From positions 298,383 through 362,382 of the forward strand of contig JAUIBF010000001.1 in NCBI GenBank assembly GCA_030428125.1: a stretch of DNA of 64,000 nt, given 5' to 3'. Below the pieces are notes generated by a model that saw only the letters and a program-made list of their open reading frames with translations, was not told the origin of the DNA and searched no databases. Origin of the DNA: a bacterium. GTDB lineage: Bacteria; Patescibacteriota; Saccharimonadia; Saccharimonadales; SZUA-47. Position numbers and translations under genes: made by a program. Shown here one piece after another: positions 15,508 to 23,636 of this stretch (the stretch's first letter is position 1; each line of letters begins with the position of its first letter).

Positions 15508-17502
15508 CTATGCTTGATTTACCTGCGTATTGTTATAATAAATCCTCCCCAGTACAAGTAGAGAGGCTACAGCAATTAGTACCTGCCAAAGCTGAATGCT
15601 GAATCCACTGTCTGGTTCATCTATGGTGTATGAAGGAGGATTTGTGTTAGGGGATGTAGATGCAAGAACTTGATCGTTCTGTTCTTGAACTACTTCTTGC
15701 GAAGTGTCCTGCAGTGGAATTGCTGTGAAACTTCCTTCGCCATCATTGCTTAAAGCCAGCACGACAACTTGGTCTGAATTCGTAGCATTGCTCACGATGC
15801 TAGCAAGCGAGTTGCTGGATTGGCTAATGTCTTCCGTCGCTGGATTGCCACCTATACCACCACCATTTGTCGAGAATCCACCATAAGCCGTGTCGGTGCC
15901 GAAACTGCCATACCAATTACCAAGTATATTTAGCTGGACGACCCCGAATATATTCGAGAAATTTAAACTGGAATTTACAAAATTTAGCAGGTTTAGTGCT
16001 GCATAGGCATCACCGGTTGTTGCATCACCGGCATTCGTGTTGCTAGAAACGGTGGCGTTTCCTGAACTTGCTGATATGTTTATATTGTTTTCAATAACAT
16101 AGCTCCTCTCAATATCAGCATCTAAAGCCGTTACTCCAGCAATTGGAGTAGACTGAGCAGCCCCACCACCCAAAAATGCGCTGTTGCTGCCTTCTGGAGC
16201 TCCTGTTATAAATCCTATCCACTCACCAAATACGTTTACAAACACTAACAACCCACTGGAACTGTTTAACTGTTCGCCTATCAAATTGAATACGGTTATA
16301 TCAGTTTGTGCATTACCAGACTTTGCATCACCGGCATTGGTATTATTTGATACTTCAGCATTTCCAGAAGATGAAGCTAGCTGAAGATTGTTGTCTATAA
16401 CAATGTCAGTTTTATTATCGAGTTCTAGATCTCCGGTTAGAGATACATTTGCAGTAGGGACTTTAGCGGCTAGTAATTGTTCTGTTAGTGATTCTGGTAG
16501 CAGTACATCGCCTTCTAAATCGCCGTAGACGTTAATGGTGCCAATAAAAGATTGACCTGCCACTATGGAAGAGTTTATTAAGTTCATGACTTGGGCAACT
16601 GCTAAAGCATCACCTGTTGTTGCATCACCGGCATTCGTGTTTTTAGATACCAGTGCATTACCACTGTTTGCTTGGATGTCCAAATTGTTCTGGATGCCGG
16701 CAGTTTCAACGTGCTCTACGTTTAATTTGCCCAAACTAGAACTATCACTAACAGATAGATTTTCTGGATCAATCACTAAGTCTCCAACATGTCCTCCTTG
16801 TATAGTCGTATTTAATATAGCCGGTGCTTGACCATTTGCTGACCAAGATGACTGAAGCATATTTATAATACTTGCTACAACTTCAGCGTCGCCAGTAGAT
16901 GCACTGCCCGCATTGGTGTTGTATAGAACGCTCGCATCTCCTGAACTGGCAGTTGAATTCAGACTATTGCTTATCGAAGCGTTAAAATATGTGTCGAAAA
17001 ACTTAGAATTTTTATCGTCTTCTTCTATAGTATTCTCAGATTCTGGCCCAGTATTACTTATTGTTCCTGTGTTAGCATGCTGTTTCGAGTTTGGCCCTGT
17101 GTTTGAAATCTGCGTGTCAGAGACCGGGTTGCTAATTTGGTTAGTAGAGTTAGTGCCTGTATTTTCAATCGTAGCTTTTACATTCTGCGGGACGTAAGAC
17201 TTTGCGGTACTATCATATACCCAAACATCAGTATCCCATTGTTCAGTTTCTGGGTTGTAACTGTAATTAACTTCTTTGAGAGGTGTCGTTTTATTGTTTG
17301 CGGGGTTCCAGGCGTAAATACCATTTTCCCAAAGTCCGGTTTCAGGATTGAATTTATATTTTGGAGGTGCGTCTTCTGACGTAGCAGGTTCTGTATTAGT
17401 TTCTTGAGCAACTAGAACGGGGCTTAAATGAGCAAAAATCAGAATTGTACAGCATAATAATATAGCCGTAATCCTGACAGTTAGTAGCTGATTTATGCGC
17501 AT
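15508..17502 (-). CDS. secreted, C-terminally membrane-anchored repeat protein (four SGNA..NTNAGDA.TGDA modules)
   Basis: 664 aa. It has an N-terminal signal-like helix and two NPET..W motifs. Four modules of about 95 aa have SG[DN]A cores at residues 187, 280, 379 and 480. A C-terminal TM helix reads WQVLIAVASLLVLGRIYY. Confidence 0.85.
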   Translation of the reverse strand: MRINQLLTVRITAILLCCTILIFAHLSPVLVAQETNTEPATSEDAPPKYKFNPETGLWENGIYAWNPANNKTTPLKEVNYSYNPETEQWDTDVWVYDSTAKSYVPQNVKATIENTGTNSTNQISNPVSDTQISNTGPNSKQHANTGTISNTGPESENTIEEDDKNSKFFDTYFNASISNSLNSTASSGDASVLYNTNAGSASTGDAEVVASIINMLQSSWSANGQAPAILNTTIQGGHVGDLVIDPENLSVSDSSSLGKLNVEHVETAGIQNNLDIQANSGNALVSKNTNAGDATTGDALAVAQVMNLINSSIVAGQSFIGTINVYGDLEGDVLLPESLTEQLLAAKVPTANVSLTGDLELDNKTDIVIDNNLQLASSSGNAEVSNNTNAGDAKSGNAQTDITVFNLIGEQLNSSSGLLVFVNVFGEWIGFITGAPEGSNSAFLGGGAAQSTPIAGVTALDADIERSYVIENNINISASSGNATVSSNTNAGDATTGDAYAALNLLNFVNSSLNFSNIFGVVQLNILGNWYGSFGTDTAYGGFSTNGGGIGGNPATEDISQSSNSLASIVSNATNSDQVVVLALSNDGEGSFTAIPLQDTSQEVVQEQNDQVLASTSPNTNPPSYTIDEPDSGFSIQLWQVLIAVASLLVLGRIYYNNTQVNQA
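15883..16995 (-). repeat. four tandem coding repeats of about 280-300 bp inside the 664-aa gene
   Basis: The protein core SSGNAxVSxNTNAGDAxxGDA recurs four times. A DNA echo is visible, e.g. gttgcatcaccggcattcgtgtt at about 16016 and about 16616. Confidence 0.8.
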
Positions 17503-17534
17503 TTAATTTCCTTTCTAGTTAGTGGCAGGTGAGC

Positions 17535-17600
17535 CTACCTCGCAGAGCTTCAGACTAGGTGTGTCCAATGCCCGTCCTTGGAAAGCCTTGTGCGAGGTAG
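17535..17600. other. 10-bp inverted repeat enclosing a GC-rich 46-nt segment, between two secreted-protein genes
   Basis: ctacctcgca (17535-17544) is the exact reverse complement of tgcgaggtag (17591-17600). Confidence 0.5.
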
Positions 17601-17639
17601 TATTACACTTGCGTTATACACTAACTTATTTCTATAAGT

Positions 17640-18224
17640 TTAGTTAGTAACTGATAGGTTGAAAATCACACTGCTGGAATTACTTGCTCCACCAGTTGAT
17701 GCACTTCCACCTGTAGTGTTGCCCCAAACAACAGCATTACCACTGTCGGCATCTTGGTCAACGTCAGCGTCAAAGTCTACGTCAGTATCGTTCTTGATCT
17801 CAACTCTAGTTTCGTTCTCGAACTTTACTTCGTTCTTCGAATCCGGTCCGGTGTTCTCTATAGATGCTTCACCGTCACCCATTGCGTTACCGTCACAAGC
17901 ACAAGCACTGCTAGAACTATTGTCTATGTCTAAGGTTGCTTCGATCCCACTGTCATTTTCTGCGTCTCCAGATTCAGCATCTCCACCAGAAGTGTTGTGC
18001 TTGACCCATGCATCGCCACTGTCGGCGTCTTGATCCACATCTACGTCGGCGTCAACATCAGTTTCGTTGTCGACTTCATATTTGTACTCGTTCTCGTATC
18101 TGATCTCGTTGTCAGAGTCAGGGCCGGTGGTATCAATCATTCCGGATTGAGCTCCAACTAAGACCCCTGTGGCTAAGAACACGCTTGAAAAAGCGGCCGC
18201 TAGGGCTTTTAGAATCTTTTTCAT
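17640..18224 (-). CDS. small secreted acidic repeat protein (two modules related to the 664-aa protein)
   Basis: The ATG at 18224 is preceded by ggaaagagg. Signal peptide MKKILKALAAAFSSVFLATGVLVGAQS. Two modules read TGPDSxNE...DVDQDADSG[DN]AxV..NTxGG.A.xG.A. Confidence 0.8.
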   Translation of the reverse strand: MKKILKALAAAFSSVFLATGVLVGAQSGMIDTTGPDSDNEIRYENEYKYEVDNETDVDADVDVDQDADSGDAWVKHNTSGGDAESGDAENDSGIEATLDIDNSSSSACACDGNAMGDGEASIENTGPDSKNEVKFENETRVEIKNDTDVDFDADVDQDADSGNAVVWGNTTGGSASTGGASNSSSVIFNLSVTN

Positions 18225-18272
18225 AAAAGACCTCTTTCCTTGCAATTTTTAAATTAGTAAAAGTGGACACCC

Positions 18273-18317
18273 CGCCCAGCTTGCTGGGATTTTTGACAAA
18301 CACCAACAAGCTGGGCG
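18273..18317. other. 11-bp inverted repeat with a competing internal complement, in the intergenic spacer
   Basis: cgcccagcttg (18273-18283) is the reverse complement of caagctgggcg (18307-18317). gctggg at 18283-18288 can also pair with cccagc at 18275-18280. Confidence 0.5.
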
Positions 18318-18347
18318 ATGTGATTTTTTCTAATCAGCTACCTCCTC

Positions 18348-18893
18348 TCATTGGTTTTCGCCATCCACAGATATATTTAACGAACTAGAGCCACGAGAGT
18401 TAGAATCCTCACGTATTCTTACTCTCACTTTTGAATCTTCGTCTCGTATAGTCTCGTTAGCACGGCCACGATCGTCCAGCTCTATACTTTCACCGTTTAC
18501 TTCGATCTTTGGTTTTTCTGCAGTAGGTTGACCATTAGTTTCTTCGTTTAGTTCTTCGGTTTTAGGTTGGCTAGATGACTTAGTTTCTGTAGAAATTGAA
18601 ATACTAATATTAGAGCTGGATTTTTCTTCATCTTTTACGGTATTTGTTGATTCCGAATTTTCATCACTATCGTTTTCGGTCGATGAACTACTGACCATTA
18701 CTACCTCTGACTGTGATGACTCTATTCCTTTAGCTGTAGCTGCTGCTACAGCTTCAGTCGCTTGTAACGAGTTGCTTCTGCCCGCAGAAGGCGCGACAGC
18801 TGTAATTATCACAAGCACAGAGACTGCAAACAAAATTACAGTTAGTTGCAAAATTCGTTTTTTCGTTATAAATCCATTCATAAATCCCCTCAC
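18348..18893 (-). CDS. membrane-anchored Ser/Glu-rich low-complexity protein
   Basis: 181 aa. An N-terminal TM helix (LQLTVILFAVSVLVIITAVA) is followed by a long S/E/N-rich, disordered-looking region. Confidence 0.65.
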   Translation of the reverse strand: MRGFMNGFITKKRILQLTVILFAVSVLVIITAVAPSAGRSNSLQATEAVAAATAKGIESSQSEVVMVSSSSTENDSDENSESTNTVKDEEKSSSNISISISTETKSSSQPKTEELNEETNGQPTAEKPKIEVNGESIELDDRGRANETIRDEDSKVRVRIREDSNSRGSSSLNISVDGENQ

Positions 18894-18973
18894 TCCGGGT
18901 GGATTTAATCATGACTTGCTAACTATCACATTGACAGCAGACAAGGTTTATAAGTGCTCTATGTCAATCTAAA

Positions 18974-19624
18974 TTAGATGTGGTTGCCAAGTTCGTTTTT
19001 AAGTAACATGTAATTCTTTACTGTGATAAATTTTCTACTTACGCTAACAAATCCCTTTTGCTTCATTTTTTTGAGTACACGATTAGTAGTTTCACGGCTT
19101 AATCCTGTTTGCTCAGCGAGCTCGTATTCGTGAATTTTCAAGTTGTACTGCTTAGTGTCATTCGATTTCTTTGTGTGTAGGCATTCATTTACCAATTCAT
19201 ACAAAAGCCTGTTGTATGCACTGCTGCTCATTGCATATGACATTCGTCTTAAAATCGATTCTATGGACTCATGAGCAAGTAGCAACAAGTCATAGACTAT
19301 ATCTGGATTGTTATTAAAAAAACTTCTTAAATCTTCGATGGGTGCAATCCTGACTTTAATGTCGTCAGAAGCTTCAAAGAAATAATTATTATCAGCTTTA
19401 GTTAAGATCGAAGATATAGGGAATAAGGTCGTTTCTCTAAATACATTTACTACTACGTCGTTACCATCATCAGATATTTGATATTGTCTTACTCTCCCTG
19501 ATTGCATGTAGATAATTTTATCTACTGAATCTTCTGGGTGTAATAATATTTGTCCTCTATGATAATTTCTGGTTGGATAGTTGGCAAAAAAACTACTCAA
19601 CCTAATTCTGGTCATCATTTGCAT
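18974..19624 (-). CDS. Crp/Fnr-family transcriptional regulator
   Basis: A cNMP-binding-like beta-barrel region is followed by a C-terminal HTH (ELAEQTGLSRETTNRVLKKMKQKGFV). The start at 19624 is chosen because gaggggga lies 8 nt upstream; the ORF track extends to 19654. Confidence 0.85.
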   Translation of the reverse strand: MQMMTRIRLSSFFANYPTRNYHRGQILLHPEDSVDKIIYMQSGRVRQYQISDDGNDVVVNVFRETTLFPISSILTKADNNYFFEASDDIKVRIAPIEDLRSFFNNNPDIVYDLLLLAHESIESILRRMSYAMSSSAYNRLLYELVNECLHTKKSNDTKQYNLKIHEYELAEQTGLSRETTNRVLKKMKQKGFVSVSRKFITVKNYMLLKNELGNHI

Positions 19625-19717
19625 CCCGGCATCCCCCTCGTGAAGCATAGGCATATTACGTCAATAGTCACCTGCGTGCATTGATTTATTTCACACAATT
19701 ATAAGTAAATCTGTCAT

Positions 19718-19745
19718 TTGAATTCTGTGTTTATTTTTATATACT
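19718..19745 (+). promoter_or_regulatory. putative sigma70-type promoter for the Hsp20 gene
   Basis: TTGAAT (19718-19723), a 16-nt spacer, then TATACT (19740-19745), 25 nt upstream of the ATG. Confidence 0.35.
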
Positions 19746-19770
19746 TCGGCAAGCATCAGAGGTTTTAATC

Positions 19771-20190
19771 ATGTCAAGTAGGCGAAAGAAAAAATTTGAA
19801 AAATTGATTCAGCTCCATGATGAGTTGCAAGAAATTAGCAAGGATATGCCTAATGGTATTATGTCTTCTACCAATGAAATGCCTTTGATAGATATGTTTG
19901 AGATCGATGAAAAGCTGGAAATCAAAATCTATATACCAGAGTTCGATAAAGAAGAAATTGAGTTAGGCGTAAGTGATCATATCCTGGAAGTGCACGCACA
20001 AAAAAAAGAAACCTCAGATACTTACAGCAGGAGGTATTTAATAAAAGAATCAAGGAGTATATATTCACGAAAAATTAGCTTGCCAGAGGGAACAGCACCC
20101 AGAGAACTGAAGGCTAAATATGAAGACAATATCCTAGAGATTTTTATCCCGTATAAAAAGTCTGATACGTTCAAATTTAAAGTCAGTTAG
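19771..20190 (+). CDS. Hsp20/alpha-crystallin small heat-shock protein
   Basis: An alpha-crystallin-domain pattern is present: DMFEIDEKLEIKIYIPEFDKEEIELGV...SRKISLPEG...AKYEDNILEIFIP. Confidence 0.88.
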   Translation: MSSRRKKKFEKLIQLHDELQEISKDMPNGIMSSTNEMPLIDMFEIDEKLEIKIYIPEFDKEEIELGVSDHILEVHAQKKETSDTYSRRYLIKESRSIYSRKISLPEGTAPRELKAKYEDNILEIFIPYKKSDTFKFKVS

Positions 20191-20247
20191 TCACTACACA
20201 ATACCAACAGCTTTGATATTGCTTGAATCTGCAATACAATATTGCTT

Positions 20248-21171
20248 ATGCAAACAGTCTACTTTCGCAATATTCGTAGTCAAGTCTTGGAGAAAATTAA
20301 TTCCCCTAAGCGCGGTGCCTGGGTCAGGGTAGTTGACCCTAGTAGCGAAGAACTGAAAAAACTGGAAAAAGATTTTAATCTCGATGCAGATCTTCTAGCT
20401 GACGGAGTCGACCTTTATGAGGTACCTCGTATCGAACGCGAAGGCAACAATCTTTATATATATGTTCGGTATTGCCGGCCAGTCGGCGAGTACACGAGTA
20501 CGCATCCACTTCTGATAGTTGTCATGCCAGATATGTTGCTGACAGTTTCGAGAATTGAATCCGAACCAATTTCTAAGCTTATTGATTCCCAGCAAGTAGT
20601 AACTACTCAGAAACTCAAGCTAGTACTGCAAATCCTAGGTGAACTGAACAGGGGATATAGACAGCACCTAAACAACGTTACTAAAAAGATATTAAGTACC
20701 AGAAAGCGTTTGCAGAGAACTATTGTTAATAATGACGACATATTAACGTTTATTGATGTCGAGGAGGATTTAAACGAGTTCCTGGCAGCACTTCAGCCTT
20801 ACGGGATTGTTCTACACGCATTGCTTGACGGCAAGTACATGAAACTTCACGAGGAAGACGAAGAATTGATAGAGGATTTGCAATTATCCGCCGGGGAGCT
20901 AGTAGAGCTGACGAAAAGCAGATTAAAGACCATTCAAAATATCCGTGAAGCGTACAACACAATCGCAACCAATAACCTTAACAAAGTCTTTAAGCGCCTA
21001 ACGTCAATCGCCATATTTATGTCTATCCCAACCGTAGTCGGTGGACTTTATGGAATGAACGTTTTGCTCCCTTTCAGCGATAGTGATGATGCATTCTGGT
21101 ATATTTTAGGTGCTACTGGTTTAATAATGACCGGATTTGTTATTTATTTTAAGCGACATCGCTGGCTATAA
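20248..21171 (+). CDS. corA: CorA-family magnesium/cobalt transporter
   Basis: The YGMN motif (GGLYGMNV) sits before the last TM helix, and there are two C-terminal TM helices. The ATG at 20248 is preferred to the TTG at 20242. Confidence 0.88.
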   Translation: MQTVYFRNIRSQVLEKINSPKRGAWVRVVDPSSEELKKLEKDFNLDADLLADGVDLYEVPRIEREGNNLYIYVRYCRPVGEYTSTHPLLIVVMPDMLLTVSRIESEPISKLIDSQQVVTTQKLKLVLQILGELNRGYRQHLNNVTKKILSTRKRLQRTIVNNDDILTFIDVEEDLNEFLAALQPYGIVLHALLDGKYMKLHEEDEELIEDLQLSAGELVELTKSRLKTIQNIREAYNTIATNNLNKVFKRLTSIAIFMSIPTVVGGLYGMNVLLPFSDSDDAFWYILGATGLIMTGFVIYFKRHRWL

Positions 21172-21175
21172 AGAG

Positions 21176-21592
21176 TTAACGGCTGCAAGAGATACATCGA
21201 CCGTGTAGTTCAATTACATGTTCATCGATTATGAACCTGTATGCTTCTTCTAGGCGTTCAAGCTCTGCCAGCAATTTATACGATTCTTCAAATGAAGTGA
21301 CTTTACCACAGACTATACAGCTCATGTGATGATGGTGATGTGTAAAGTTATCACTAAGCTCGAATTTTTGTTTCCAGCCGATACTCACATGCTTTATAAG
21401 GCCTGTTTTTTCAAATGTATCGAGGGTTCTATAAACTGTCGTCTTATCCATTGTGCCCGACGCCCTATCAATAATCTCAGTAGCCGATAATGGTTTCTTC
21501 GAACTAGCAATAATATGGAATAATACTCGACGGCTTTTAGTGTTACTTAACGAGTACTTGTCTAAAATTTCTAAGTAGATTTTGTCCTGCAT
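21176..21592 (-). CDS. Fur-family metalloregulator, probably Zur
   Basis: Winged-helix N-terminus, an HHHHH cluster, and CxxC pairs (CIVCGK, CISCS). It is divergent from a ZIP zinc transporter gene. Confidence 0.85.
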   Translation of the reverse strand: MQDKIYLEILDKYSLSNTKSRRVLFHIIASSKKPLSATEIIDRASGTMDKTTVYRTLDTFEKTGLIKHVSIGWKQKFELSDNFTHHHHHMSCIVCGKVTSFEESYKLLAELERLEEAYRFIIDEHVIELHGRCISCSR

Positions 21593-21612
21593 ATTGCAAT
21601 ATTATCAATTAA

Positions 21613-21627
21613 TGCAACTATGTTGCA
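21613..21627. promoter_or_regulatory. candidate Fur/Zur operator (15-bp dyad)
   Basis: TGCAACTATGTTGCA is a perfect 6-3-6 palindrome of Fur-box length, centred in the 65-bp divergent intergenic region. ATTGCAAT-like half sites occur nearby. Confidence 0.45.
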
Positions 21628-21657
21628 ATTTAAATTTTCAAGAGTTAATCTAAACTT

Positions 21658-22557
21658 ATGTTAAATGTAATTATATTTTCCTTAGTAGGTGGAGTATTTT
21701 CTCTTGTTGGCGGGATTTTACTACTACAAAACAAAAAAACTGCCAACGGCTTAGCAAAGTATGCAACACCTTTTGCAGCAGGAGTTTTGCTAGCAGCAGC
21801 ATTCACTGATCTGTTGCCAGAAGCAATGCATGAAGGCGAGCCAAGAGATGTTCTAGTAGCGACTCTATGTGGATTGCTTGGATTCTTTTTCCTTGAGAGG
21901 TATTTAAGGTTTTTTCATCACCACCATGAACATGGCAAAAATAATAGAACTTCTAGCCCACTGATAATTATTGGCGATACACTTCATAACGCTCTGGACG
22001 GTATAGCAATCGGGGCCGCATTTTTAGTGAGCCCAGGAACTGGGATTGTAGCAGCCGTAGCTGTCGCGGCGCACGAGATACCTCAAGAAATTGGTGATTT
22101 TGGCTTGCTTCTTAAAAATGGCATGGATAAGAGTAAAGTAATATGGGTGAATGTATTAAGCGCTCTAGCTACAACAGTTACTGCAGTCATAACTTACGCT
22201 ATCGGAGACAGCGATAGTTCGTTTATCCCATATCTACTCGCAATAACTGCAGGATTCTTTATCTATATTGCAGCTAGCGATATTATCCCGGAGATCCATG
22301 AGAGTCTAGATCATAGGAAAAAGGATATACGACCATGGTTACTTCTAGCGGGTGCGTTGTTGATAATGATCGTGTCTCCGATCGCGCATGACTATATTGA
22401 CGCCAATCACAATCACGACCATTCAGAGTTAACTCACGACGAAGAAGAACACAATGAACAAGACCATAATCATGAACACGAAGAGGAAGATGAACACGAC
22501 GAGCACGAGCATGATGATCACAATGAAGAAGAAAATCACCACGATCACGACCACTAA
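21658..22557 (+). CDS. ZIP-family zinc transporter with His/Asp/Glu-rich C-terminal tail
   Basis: ZupT-like motifs are present (HNALDGIAIG, HEIPQEIGDF). The last 50 or so residues are HNHDHSELTHDEEEHNEQDHNHEHEEEDEHDEHEHDDHNEEENHHDHDH. Confidence 0.88.
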   Translation: MLNVIIFSLVGGVFSLVGGILLLQNKKTANGLAKYATPFAAGVLLAAAFTDLLPEAMHEGEPRDVLVATLCGLLGFFFLERYLRFFHHHHEHGKNNRTSSPLIIIGDTLHNALDGIAIGAAFLVSPGTGIVAAVAVAAHEIPQEIGDFGLLLKNGMDKSKVIWVNVLSALATTVTAVITYAIGDSDSSFIPYLLAITAGFFIYIAASDIIPEIHESLDHRKKDIRPWLLLAGALLIMIVSPIAHDYIDANHNHDHSELTHDEEEHNEQDHNHEHEEEDEHDEHEHDDHNEEENHHDHDH

Positions 22558-22574
22558 TCAGTTATACTATTAGC

Positions 22575-23633
22575 ATGAACGTAATAATTGTGGGTCTACT
22601 AGTAGCCAACATTGCTTTAATTGGGTTTTTGATATTTAAGTCAAAAAGTAAAAATAATAGTGGTGAATCTGCACTATTACAGCAAAACCTCAATCACTTA
22701 TCAGATAATGTAAACAAGCTTCAAGATCAGCTCAAAAATCAAATAGACACTAAGCTAGATAAGAGCCAAGAAAGCATGACACGTCAGCTAGCACAAAGTG
22801 CAAAGTTGGTAAAAGACGTAACGGAACGACTAACCAAACTTGATGATACAAACAAAAGAGTCGTTGATGTAGCAGAAGAATTAAAACAGCTTCAAAACGT
22901 ACTCCAGAACCCAAAGCAAAGAGGAGTTCTAGGAGAATTTTACCTAGAACAAATTTTGCAGAATCTTCTTCCTCCAAGCGCATATTCATTGCAGCATAAG
23001 ATAAGCGAAGGCAATGTTGTCGATGCTGCAATTCATTTGGACGGTAAAGTGTTGCCGATCGACAGTAAGTTTAGTTTAGAAAACTATAATAGGCTACTTG
23101 AAGCATCTGAATCAGAAAGGCCAACATATGAGAAGGCTTTCAAGGAAGACCTAAAAAAGCGTATAGATGAAACGGCGAAGTATATCCAGCCAAAGAAGGG
23201 AACACTGGACCAAGCATTGATGTTCATACCTTCCGAAGCAATTTACTACGACCTGCTAGCAAATAAAGTAGGAGCTTCCGGTGTATCAGGCAGAGACTTA
23301 ATGCAGTATGCTGCCGTTGAGAAACGCGTCGTGATTGTAGGTCCAAGTACTCTATCAGCAATGCTTCAAGTAATCGTACAAGGACTAAAGAGCCTGGAGA
23401 TTCAAAAAGATACAGAAATCATCAGAAAGAACATTGAGCAACTGCAAAAACATCTGATTGCTTATGATGGCTATTATAAAAAGATCGGAAATTCCCTTGG
23501 AGCGACAGTAGGTCACTACAACAAAGCCTCGAAGGAGCTAGGCAAAATAGATAAAGACATCGTAAAAATTGGTGGAGGTGATACGGTTTTAGAAGTTGAC
23601 TCTGTAGCCAAACCACTAGAGGACGAAGAATAA
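22575..23633 (+). CDS. rmuC: DNA recombination protein RmuC
   Basis: An N-terminal TM helix and coiled coil are followed by an RmuC nuclease-like core (QRGVLGEFYLEQIL..., MFIPSEAIYYDLL). Confidence 0.8.
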   Translation: MNVIIVGLLVANIALIGFLIFKSKSKNNSGESALLQQNLNHLSDNVNKLQDQLKNQIDTKLDKSQESMTRQLAQSAKLVKDVTERLTKLDDTNKRVVDVAEELKQLQNVLQNPKQRGVLGEFYLEQILQNLLPPSAYSLQHKISEGNVVDAAIHLDGKVLPIDSKFSLENYNRLLEASESERPTYEKAFKEDLKKRIDETAKYIQPKKGTLDQALMFIPSEAIYYDLLANKVGASGVSGRDLMQYAAVEKRVVIVGPSTLSAMLQVIVQGLKSLEIQKDTEIIRKNIEQLQKHLIAYDGYYKKIGNSLGATVGHYNKASKELGKIDKDIVKIGGGDTVLEVDSVAKPLEDEE

Positions 23634-23636
23634 AAA

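Noticed and set aside
19655-19770. A canonical Crp/FNR site (TGTGA-N6-TCACA or TTGAT-N4-ATCAA) or a CIRCE/HAIR heat-shock operator in the crp-hsp20 divergent spacer.
   Set aside because: Only partial words are present (TCACAC, CTGTCA, TGTGT) with no dyad symmetry, so there is not enough to call a site.
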